This document shows positions 43,897 to 51,099 of a stretch of DNA of 62,010 nucleotides, piece by piece. The stretch lies in contig JAWOLP010000003.1 in NCBI GenBank assembly GCA_033853355.1, positions 1 through 62,010 on the forward strand, in the 5' to 3' direction. A program made the translations under genes and the position numbers. Under the pieces are notes generated by a model, which did no database searches, was not told the DNA's origin, and worked only from the letters and a program-made list of their open reading frames with translations. The stretch is from Candidatus Micrarchaeia archaeon (lineage in GTDB: Archaea > Micrarchaeota > Micrarchaeia > Anstonellales > Bilamarchaeaceae). Numbering within the stretch: the stretch's first letter is position 1; every line of letters starts with the position of its first letter.

Positions 43897-44364
43897 ATGG
43901 AGAAATCCGCAAGAAAAGGGAGCAAAAGCGCGGACATCGCCCGGCTGCCGATCACGCACAAGGAGAAGACGGACCCGGGCCATTCGTTCCTCTCGCGCGA
44001 GGAGCTGCTCTCTTTCCTGAAAGGGGCCGGATTCGTTCCCACCCCCCGGCTCGGGGGGCAGCTGAAGATCCCATCCTATGTGGTGCGCGGCAAGTACGAG
44101 AGGATCGAGTTCTCGGACACACGGAGCGTCCAGCCCTTCCCTTACCACGACTCGGATTCACCGGCGCGCTGCGCGGATAGCGGCTCGTCGCCGCCTAGCT
44201 GGGTGAAGACCTGGTACATGGCGATCATCGATGAGGAAGGCTCGCGCGAGATCGTCCTCTTCTACCGCCCCAAGAACGTCTTCGTGAAATGCAGGCTCGA
44301 CCAGGCCGAGAATGTCATACCGGCCGAGATGTACCGGCGGACGATCGAAGGCAGCCAAGACTGA
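43897..44364 (+). CDS. Hypothetical protein, paralog of 9637-10110 (right side of the accessory locus)
   Basis: The ATG at 43897 lies inside the longer shadow-extended track ORF 43030-44364. It is 155 aa with the shared SVQPFP...DSP...P(S/A)WV...VFVK block and starts 38 nt after the giant ORF 2 stop. Confidence 0.65.
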   Translation: MEKSARKGSKSADIARLPITHKEKTDPGHSFLSREELLSFLKGAGFVPTPRLGGQLKIPSYVVRGKYERIEFSDTRSVQPFPYHDSDSPARCADSGSSPPSWVKTWYMAIIDEEGSREIVLFYRPKNVFVKCRLDQAENVIPAEMYRRTIEGSQD

Positions 44365-44366
44365 GC

Positions 44367-45419
44367 TCACTCGCCCTCGGTCGCCGCGCCCTGCGCGACC
44401 CTGAGCTGGAAGATTTTTTTCGGGGCGCTGCTTATGTACCCGGGCCCCCTCGGATGGACGGCATGGCCAGCCGGCTGGGGTGGCGCCTCCTGGCGGACCT
44501 GGCGATGGGCCTCATGCGTCCCAGCCTCAGGATAGACGGGCGCTGCGGCTGGCTGATGGAACGCCGCCATGAGCCGATGCTCGCCGGAGAAATGGCGCAC
44601 ATCCGAGTCCCCGGCTGAGTGTTCCATCGCGTTGCGGCCTTCCACAGCTATCTGCGGGACGTTGGAATGGGAAAATGAAGGAGCCTGGGCTTGGCGGTGG
44701 AGGGGGTAAGGCAGGAGGTAGGGCATTTCGTGGAGCGGAGCGGCCTCAGGCTCGCGCGCATGGACGGCGCAGACGATCCTTGGCGCCGCATGCTCCTCTA
44801 TCACCTGCGGAAGATGAACGACTGGGGGTTTCGGAACGATGGGTCCGGGGGCCGGGACATCCTGCGGCACGCCCTCCTCGCCTGCGTGACTTAAGTGGGC
44901 GGGGGGCTCGCGCGTGGGTGCCGCTGCTTGCGATCCCTCGTGCGGCTGGGGCGGGCGGGGCTCGGCTGACCGGATCGCGCCGATCACAGCCTCCTCGCGG
45001 GGCTCCAAGCCGGGCATTCTCCGCTCCGGCTCGCCGTGGGCGGCCATCAAAGCGTGCATCGCTTCCGGATGCTCCTTCCCAGAGGCTGTCCTGAAGTGAG
45101 CTTTCCTCGGAGCCTTGAGCTCCTCCATCCTCAGCGCCATGAACGGCGCGCTCTGGCGCGCAGGCGCCTCGACCATGGGTAGATCCCTGCCGGTGAGCCG
45201 GTAATAGTTCCAGCTCCTCCCCTCCACGGCCTGGGAGGCCCGCAGGTATCCTTTGCCGCGAGCGCTCTTGTTGTAAGCGTAACCCGAGAAAAGGAGGGGG
45301 TTCTTGCGCGATAGCTTGAACCTCTTCCCTTCCAGCGGGTCCACGACTCGCTGGGGCTCAGGCGTCCTGCGCTTGGCCTCGCGCTGGAGCGGCTTAGTCC
45401 TGAAAGTGAGCTCTCTCAT
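44367..45419 (-). CDS. Hypothetical His/Pro-rich protein
   Basis: The longest ORF in this span. It has a basic N-terminal domain and a C-terminal half rich in H, P and A. No family recognised; the coding call rests on length only. Confidence 0.45.
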   Translation of the reverse strand: MRELTFRTKPLQREAKRRTPEPQRVVDPLEGKRFKLSRKNPLLFSGYAYNKSARGKGYLRASQAVEGRSWNYYRLTGRDLPMVEAPARQSAPFMALRMEELKAPRKAHFRTASGKEHPEAMHALMAAHGEPERRMPGLEPREEAVIGAIRSAEPRPPQPHEGSQAAAPTREPPAHLSHAGEEGVPQDVPAPGPIVPKPPVVHLPQVIEEHAAPRIVCAVHAREPEAAPLHEMPYLLPYPLHRQAQAPSFSHSNVPQIAVEGRNAMEHSAGDSDVRHFSGEHRLMAAFHQPAAAPVYPEAGTHEAHRQVRQEAPPQPAGHAVHPRGPGYISSAPKKIFQLRVAQGAATEGE

Positions 45420-45464
45420 CGGACAGGTGAGTATCGCTCATCCTTTTAAATGTTCGCGCAGGCC

Positions 45465-46799
45465 CTACGGTGCTAGACGAACTCCCTTCCCCGCGAGGTA
45501 TCCGCCGGCGAAGAGAAGGAACTCGTTGGCCTTCCCCTCCGGGATGCTCGCGCCAGCCGCTGTGCGGTGCCCCCCGCCCACGCCCCCGAGCGCAGCGGCC
45601 GCCTCCTTCATCAGCTCGCCGAGATTCAGGCCTGCCCCGACAAGCGCCCTGGGAGCCCGGCCCGACACCTTGATGGTCCTGTTGTCCCCGAGCGAGACGC
45701 CGATCACCGGCTTGGTCCATCTCTGGTCGAGCCCCATGCCGCAGACCACCCCTATGATCCCCTCGTCTATCACGCCCCTGCCGTCCACGAAGTAGAACGG
45801 GCCGAGGTCGACCATGTGGGCGGAAGCGAACGCTATCCCCTCCCGCAGCATCTTCCGGTGGAGCTGGAGGAGCGCCCGCGCCTCGGCGTACGCGCTTTCG
45901 TCGCCGAGGCATACCCTCACCCCGACATCAGGCTTCGAATGCCTTCCGCACGCGTTGAGCAGGGTGCTGAACTCGTTGGCCTCGTAGGTCTCGTTCTTGG
46001 GCCGCTGCGGGAAGACATAGCTCTCCCCTATCAGGGAGCCCCCGTCCCCGGGCCGCCCCATCAGGATCTTCGCAAGGGCGCTCACGAGCGACCTCTTCTC
46101 GTCATCGGAGAGGTCGGCATACGTCCTCCTCAGGCCCTTCTGGTCCTCGGGCGGGATCCTCAGTTCTGCGAGCAGCTCCGCGGCGCGGTCCTCCCTGTAT
46201 GTTATCCCCGGCAGGAACGGGTCGTCGGAATAGGCGAGGAACTGGACGAGGGGCCTGCAATACCTTCCGTAGAAAGCCAGGTCCTCCTCCACCCTCACCG
46301 TGCCCGCCTCCATCCCCTTCCCCAGGACCCATCTGTTCATGCCGTGCAGCGGAGACATCATGTCGCCGACCGCGCCGACGATGGCCAGGTCGGCGTCCAC
46401 CCCGAAGACGCAGAAAGCCGTGCCCGAGGCGCTCAGCTCTGTGCCGCCGTCGAGGCCGTGCAGGAGCGGGTTGGCCTGCGGCTTCGATATCCCCTCGGTC
46501 TGATGGTGGTCTATTATGGCGACGTCCTTCAGCTCGTCCACGCGCCTGTTCCCTCCTCCCAGATCCACGAATATCAATTCGCGCTCGCGCGCGTATCTCC
46601 CGATGGCCTCGTCGTCGAGCTTCTTTATGCACTCGCTGCGGACCTTGCGTCCTTCCTTCCGGAAAGCGCTTATCACGAGCGAGCCGGAGCTGAGGCCGTC
46701 GGCGTCGTAATGGTGCACCACTAGCGGGTCCGAGAACGAGAACGATATCCTCCTGACCTCGGTGCAGCGCTCGAGGAAATCCGCTTCTCCCATTCGCAC
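45465..46799 (-). CDS. DHH-family phosphoesterase, archaeal RecJ/GAN (Cdc45-like)
   Basis: DHH motifs VVHHYDADGLSSG, FVDLGGG and IIDHHQ, plus DHHA1-type GGGHRTAAGASI. Confidence 0.8.
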   Translation of the reverse strand: MRMGEADFLERCTEVRRISFSFSDPLVVHHYDADGLSSGSLVISAFRKEGRKVRSECIKKLDDEAIGRYARERELIFVDLGGGNRRVDELKDVAIIDHHQTEGISKPQANPLLHGLDGGTELSASGTAFCVFGVDADLAIVGAVGDMMSPLHGMNRWVLGKGMEAGTVRVEEDLAFYGRYCRPLVQFLAYSDDPFLPGITYREDRAAELLAELRIPPEDQKGLRRTYADLSDDEKRSLVSALAKILMGRPGDGGSLIGESYVFPQRPKNETYEANEFSTLLNACGRHSKPDVGVRVCLGDESAYAEARALLQLHRKMLREGIAFASAHMVDLGPFYFVDGRGVIDEGIIGVVCGMGLDQRWTKPVIGVSLGDNRTIKVSGRAPRALVGAGLNLGELMKEAAAALGGVGGGHRTAAGASIPEGKANEFLLFAGGYLAGKGVRLAP

Positions 46800-46855
46800 G
46801 CTTTCCGCGGCGATGTTTTTAATGAATGTCCTATATTTACTCCCAAGTGATCCCT

Positions 46856-48292
46856 ATGAAGCTAGACAAGTCTGACTTCTCAGAATGGTACAACACGATA
46901 ATCAAGGATGCCCAGCTCTGCGACCTGCGCTACGGGATAAAGGGTTTCGTGGTGTTCATGCCCTGGGCGGTCATGACCATGAACCGCATGTACGCCATGT
47001 ACGAGGAGGCGGTCGAGGCGACGGGCCACGTCCCCGCTCTCTTCCCGGCGCTCATCCCGGAGGAATACTTCAAGCGGGAGGGCGAGCACGTGAAGGGGTT
47101 CGTGCCGGAGGTCTTCTGGGTGACCGAGGCCGGCAACAACAAGCTCGAGGAGAAATACGCGATGAGGCCGACCTCCGAGACCGCGATGTACTCCATGTAC
47201 GCGCTCTGGATACACGGCACGCGCGACCTGCCGCTCAAAGTCTACCAGCGCTGCCAGGTTTGGCGCTACGAGACGAAAGCCACCAAGCCCTTCATCCGGA
47301 GCAGGGAGTTCCACTGGATCGAGGCGCACGACTGCTTCGCCACGCGCGAGCAGGCGATGGCTCAGGTACGGGAGGACATGAAGATGGCTGAGGACGTCAT
47401 ACACGGCCAGTTCTGCGTGCCGTTCCTCTTCTTCAGGAGGCCCCAGTGGGACAAGTTCGCCGGGGCCGAGGACACGTACGCGGCCGACACCCTGATGCCC
47501 GACGGGCGCGCGCTCCAGCTGCCTTCGACGCACATGCTGGGCACTCACTTCTCCAAGGCGTTCGGCATAAAATATACCGACGACAAAGGCAAGGAGGAAT
47601 ACGTTTGGCAGACATGCTACGGCCCGGCCATCTCGCGCATCTACGCAGCTGTGATCGCGACCCACGGGGACAACAAGGGGCTTGTTCTTCCCGTCCGTCT
47701 CGCGCCGGTGCAGGTCGTCATCATCCCCATTATAAAAGAGGAGACGAAAGAGAAGGTCCTCGAAAAGTGCAGGGAGGTCGAGAAGCTGATCGGCTGCTGC
47801 TTCGTGGTGAAGGTCGACGACTCCGACCGCACCCCCGGCTTCAAGTTCAACGAGTGGGAGATGAAGGGCGTGCCGATCCGGGTGGAGATCGGCATGCGGG
47901 ACGTCGAGAGCGACAGCGTCGTCGTGGTCCGCAGGGACACCGGCGAGAAGCTCAAAGTGGCCACCAAGGACCTCGATGCGAAGCTCGACGAGGTCGCCCA
48001 GGCGATGGACAAGAGCATACGGGAGAAGGCCGACAAGTGGTTCGCCGACAAGCTGAGCTTCGCCGATTCGATGGATGAGCTCGGCGGGAAGCTGGACAAG
48101 CACGGCTTCGTGCGCGTGCCTTTCTGCACCGACGCGATGGAGGCCGAGAAGTGCGCGGATGTGGTCAAGGACAAGCACCAGGCCAACATGCGAGGCTCGC
48201 TCTTCGGCTCGGACGCGAAGCCGGAAGGGAAGAAGTGCATCGTCTGCGGGAACCCGGCGACGATATTCCTCTATGCGGCGCGGCAATACTAG
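46856..48292 (+). CDS. proS: Proline--tRNA ligase (archaeal/eukaryotic type)
   Basis: FSEWYNTIIKDAQLCDLRYGIKGFVVFMPW...MRPTSET...FHWIEAH...class II motifs, and a C-terminal zinc-binding CIVCG...Y. The ATG at 46856 is preferred over 46826 because of a GTGATC Shine-Dalgarno-like element at 46846-46851 and TATA-like sequence at 46812-46840. Confidence 0.9.
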   Translation: MKLDKSDFSEWYNTIIKDAQLCDLRYGIKGFVVFMPWAVMTMNRMYAMYEEAVEATGHVPALFPALIPEEYFKREGEHVKGFVPEVFWVTEAGNNKLEEKYAMRPTSETAMYSMYALWIHGTRDLPLKVYQRCQVWRYETKATKPFIRSREFHWIEAHDCFATREQAMAQVREDMKMAEDVIHGQFCVPFLFFRRPQWDKFAGAEDTYAADTLMPDGRALQLPSTHMLGTHFSKAFGIKYTDDKGKEEYVWQTCYGPAISRIYAAVIATHGDNKGLVLPVRLAPVQVVIIPIIKEETKEKVLEKCREVEKLIGCCFVVKVDDSDRTPGFKFNEWEMKGVPIRVEIGMRDVESDSVVVVRRDTGEKLKVATKDLDAKLDEVAQAMDKSIREKADKWFADKLSFADSMDELGGKLDKHGFVRVPFCTDAMEAEKCADVVKDKHQANMRGSLFGSDAKPEGKKCIVCGNPATIFLYAARQY

Positions 48293-48506
48293 CCCCTTCC
48301 TTCCTATCCCACAACGGAAAAATGCTCGCGAAACCATCTCATGTTCGCGCTCTCATTAGTTCCTGCTCCGGGTAAACCGCCGAAACTTCCTAAAGCGCTG
48401 CCCGCGGGTGCCCATGCTTAAAACACCTCATGGTAAATTCTGTTTAAATATGGCTTTAAAAACCGATGCGTGAATTATTATCTACATTCTTTGGCGAGAT
48501 GAGACC

Positions 48507-49019
48507 ATGAGCGCTTTGACCACGAAACCGAACGAGCCTGCGAAGGAAGCGAAAAGGATCAAAGCCGAGCCCTTGACCGATTCCGGACTGATCGTCCGCC
48601 GGCTCGGCGAGCCCGGCGAAGTCGCATGCATATTCATCTTCGGCGAACCGGGTCAATCCTTACGACCCATCTTCCTGCGATTGCATTCCGCGGCGATAGA
48701 AAAAGATCTCATAGTGCGCCGAACCGAGCCGGCTGCAAATGAAACCCCTCTTGAAAACTGCGATGCGGTCGACAGCGCTGACATCTTTGCGCGACCCGGT
48801 AAAGGGGCGTCCGAGTATCTGGGTCGCATCACCCTCATGGCCAACTCCGCGACGAAAGCTGAAACCACTCTCGTAATCGAGCCTTCGAACCCCACATCCG
48901 AGAATCCCCTCGCGGTCATCCTTGGCAAGGCGATCTGCGAAAGATACCGGCGGATCGACGATGTACCGGAGTTGTCGGGAGACGACATCTCTTCGCCAGG
49001 GGAGCATGAAGAAATATAA
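48507..49019 (+). CDS. Hypothetical protein (lower-GC segment)
   Basis: 170-aa ORF with normal composition. The competing minus-strand ORFs are Ser/Arg-rich. No family recognised. Confidence 0.4.
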   Translation: MSALTTKPNEPAKEAKRIKAEPLTDSGLIVRRLGEPGEVACIFIFGEPGQSLRPIFLRLHSAAIEKDLIVRRTEPAANETPLENCDAVDSADIFARPGKGASEYLGRITLMANSATKAETTLVIEPSNPTSENPLAVILGKAICERYRRIDDVPELSGDDISSPGEHEEI

Positions 49020-49105
49020 CGACCGCGGTGCATGCTGCCAGTCCTCTGCCTTCACTCCGGTGAGTGTGTCAAAAAAGGTATTAAAAAGGATTATCGTCAA
49101 ATCGA

Positions 49106-49327
49106 TTGACCATGAAGGAGCTTTTGTACCGCAGAGGGCGCGCCGTCGCCGAGGATCAGGAGCGGCGCGTCGAAGCCATGCGCAGCCCCGGGCACGATTT
49201 CCAGGCGCTTGTCTGGTATCTCCAGAAGAACGGCGACCCGAAGCCGCTCGAAGACATGCTGCGCAAGAGGGAGCTTCACGGCAAGAACAGGAGATTCGCC
49301 GAGCGCGCGCTCTGCAGCATGGATTAG
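49106..49327 (+). CDS. Small hypothetical protein
   Basis: 73-aa ORF with a charged helical composition. Called on ORF evidence only. Confidence 0.3.
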   Translation: MTMKELLYRRGRAVAEDQERRVEAMRSPGHDFQALVWYLQKNGDPKPLEDMLRKRELHGKNRRFAERALCSMD

Positions 49328-49343
49328 GGCGGCGCAGGGGGCT

Positions 49344-50405
49344 TCACAGCCCGCTGAAGCGGCGCACGAATCCGCCGAACTCCCCCGGCGAGGCGTCCCT
49401 CCCATTCATCCCTTCGAACTCATCCCTTCTCGAGCAGATGAATCTCTCTATATGCGTCCTCTCCCGATCAGGCCACCTGGCTTCCTCATCCAGCCTGTCT
49501 AGAATGCCTATGACCGTTTCAGGTTCGCAGAGGCCGGCGACCCTGTCGCTGAACGTATCCCCATATTTCCTCTCGGCAAACTCGTGCATATCGAATATTA
49601 AGCGGTAGTAGTCCTCCACCATTTTCGCTTCGCTCGCTATCAGTTTTTCCAGCTCGACGTTCTGCCTCAGAAGCTTGCGCCTGAGGAATTCGCAGTGCGA
49701 TATCGCGCCCCCTCTCGCCGGCATCTCCAACCGTTTTCCATCAGGGTAGAACTCGTCCATCCTCGACAAGATGGATCCCAGCTCGTTGCGTATCCTCATC
49801 CGCAACGCCCGGCCCTCCACCAGGGTTGCGACTGCGGCTGCGGTCCCGACCACGGATGCCAAGCACACCGTGCCGGTTATGAGGAGAGAAGGCAATGCCG
49901 CCAGCGCTTGCGACCCGGTCCGTCCAGCATATTCCATCCCGTCTATCAGCTGCCCCGCGAAATGCGTCGTGAGGATTGGCCCGGCAACGCTGGCGGCGCA
50001 TGACCATCGAAATACTCCTGGGGCCTGGAGGAGCGTGAAAAGCGCCTCCCCCCATGGCACCTTCTTCCACTTTTCGTATCTAACGTTGGCGTATCCAAAT
50101 ATCCTGCCTTGCGCGGCATCGACCGCCTGCTTCAGCTCCGGAGGGTAAAAATCCTCATGGATCGCCTGAGGCCCGGTGCTGACCCACGTCTGGTTCCCGT
50201 TGTGCACGCCCCCTCTGAACGGCCTGTAAAGCCTCGCGGATGCGGCGAGTTGCAGATCGACAAGCACGGACTCCCCTATTATGCCTCTGATGCTCGCCTT
50301 CTCCTGGCCCATCCTTTCCGCTCCGCGGGCCTTGAGATTCCTCAAGAAACGGAGCGAGCCATATCTTTCCACCGCTATGGGCATGCCGCTCGGTACGACT
50401 TCCAT
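49344..50405 (-). CDS. Hypothetical membrane protein
   Basis: 353 aa with a central hydrophobic pair (ILTTHFAGQLI..., LAALPSLLITGTVCLASVVGTAAAVATLV). A TATA-like GTTTATAAATG lies about 35 nt upstream. Confidence 0.55.
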   Translation of the reverse strand: MEVVPSGMPIAVERYGSLRFLRNLKARGAERMGQEKASIRGIIGESVLVDLQLAASARLYRPFRGGVHNGNQTWVSTGPQAIHEDFYPPELKQAVDAAQGRIFGYANVRYEKWKKVPWGEALFTLLQAPGVFRWSCAASVAGPILTTHFAGQLIDGMEYAGRTGSQALAALPSLLITGTVCLASVVGTAAAVATLVEGRALRMRIRNELGSILSRMDEFYPDGKRLEMPARGGAISHCEFLRRKLLRQNVELEKLIASEAKMVEDYYRLIFDMHEFAERKYGDTFSDRVAGLCEPETVIGILDRLDEEARWPDRERTHIERFICSRRDEFEGMNGRDASPGEFGGFVRRFSGL

Positions 50406-50611
50406 GTCAATCGTCAGATATTATCCCTTGTTGTGTTTATAAATGTTCATTATTGGTAATACTGCGCTGTGCGCTGAAAGCCGAAACCAGCCGGGAGGCG
50501 GGATGCGGTAAAGAAGGGGTGGGCGGTTGTGAAGTTCGCTTCGCCACTTCATTTCCTCCAAATCCCTCTTAGGCAAGACGTGAAACCGGAAACTGAGAAC
50601 AAAGGGGATTT

Positions 50612-50684
50612 TGGGCCCGCGCGGGATCGAACCGCGAATCTCCACTGTGTGAGAGTGGCGTCTTAACCATTCGACTACGGGCCC
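50612..50684 (-). tRNA. tRNA-Val (anticodon CAC)
   Basis: The reverse complement folds as a cloverleaf: GGGCCCG-UA-GUCG..AGAC-G-CCACU-CUCACAC-AGUGG-AGAUU-CGCGG-UUCGAUC-CCGCG-CGGGCCC-A. No CCA is encoded. Confidence 0.9.
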
Positions 50685-50720
50685 TCTAAGAAAAGACATT
50701 CTGAATTTGCAGATAGGCTT

Positions 50721-50730
50721 TTTTAATATA
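50721..50730. promoter_or_regulatory. TATA element between the divergent tRNA-Val and tRNA-Gln genes
   Basis: TTTTAATATA has its centre about 25 nt upstream of the tRNA-Gln 5' end and about 42 nt from the tRNA-Val 5' end. Confidence 0.5.
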
Positions 50731-50750
50731 ACGAGGCACTCCTTCTCCAT

Positions 50751-50954
50751 AGCCCCGTCGTCTAGTCCGCCTTTTGGTAAAAGGCGGCCCAAAACCGGGT
50801 CGTCAAGGCGGCGGAAAACGGTCAAGGATAGGGGACTTTGGTGGGGCCTTTTGACCTCTATGGGCTCTTGGGCAAAACGCCCGCGAAAAGCCTTGAGGAG
50901 ATCAGAGGGCTCCGAAGCCATCCCTTGACACCGGTTCGAATCCGGTCGGGGCTA
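50751..50954 (+). tRNA. tRNA-Gln (anticodon UUG) interrupted by two introns
   Basis: Proposed exons are 50751-50769, 50821-50841 and 50920-50954, giving the 75-nt AGCCCCGUCGUCUAGUCCG|GUCAAGGAUAGGGGACUUUGG|AUCCCUUGACACCGGUUCGAAUCCGGUCGGGGCUA. It has the A1-U72 pair typical of archaeal tRNA-Gln, anticodon loop CUUUGGA and T-loop UUCGAAU. A TATA lies at 50721-50730 and a T7 tract follows directly. The 37/38 intron has a perfect BHB motif; the D-loop insert boundaries are uncertain. Confidence 0.75.
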
Positions 50955-50961
50955 TTTTTTT
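50955..50961 (+). terminator. Oligo-T terminator after tRNA-Gln
   Basis: A T7 tract follows the discriminator base directly. Oligo-T is the known archaeal termination signal. Confidence 0.6.
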
Positions 50962-51099
50962 CAGCTTTTCCTACTGCTTCTCTAAGGTTAAAAGCCGGCG
51001 AAACGTCCTGAGGTAAACCGATTTGTCTATAGGAAGGCAAATCGAGTGCCCAAAAGGCTATTCTGTTAAATTTTAATGCCTTGACCTTGTTGTCCTCTC

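Noticed and set aside
9637-45419. Interpreting the accessory locus as a mobile element, provirus or classical toxin system.
   Set aside because: I recognised no integrase, transposase, capsid or terminase-like genes, terminal direct repeats, flanking tRNA, or Rhs/YD or other polymorphic-toxin motifs. By eye the composition matches the core genome.
48653-49100. Minus-strand ORFs 48653-49033 (126 aa) and 48660-49100 (146 aa) as alternatives to the plus-strand 170-aa ORF.
   Set aside because: One shares third-codon positions with the plus-strand ORF, so GC3 cannot discriminate between them. Both are Ser/Arg/Gly-rich, whereas the plus-strand product has balanced composition. The call remains low confidence.
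50769-50785. Hairpin GCCUU-UUGGUAA-AAGGC inside the D-loop insert, which resembles a tRNA anticodon arm (GGU, Thr) and could suggest an overlapping or permuted second tRNA.
   Set aside because: Only 11 nt separate it from the acceptor strand, so there is no room for a D-arm. No T-arm follows (CCC-AAAACC-GGG lacks the T-loop consensus). It is more simply part of a 9-bp intron hairpin.
50842-50919. Possible C/D-box sRNA inside the long tRNA-Gln intron, as known for some archaeal tRNA-Trp introns.
   Set aside because: I found no RUGAUGA C box or properly placed CUGA D box; there are only weak look-alikes (UUGAGGAG and AUCAGA).
50421-50928. ORFs 50421-50921 (-, 166 aa) and 50707-50928 (+, 73 aa).
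   Set aside because: They lie over the two tRNA genes and their introns. The tRNA folds explain the sequence.
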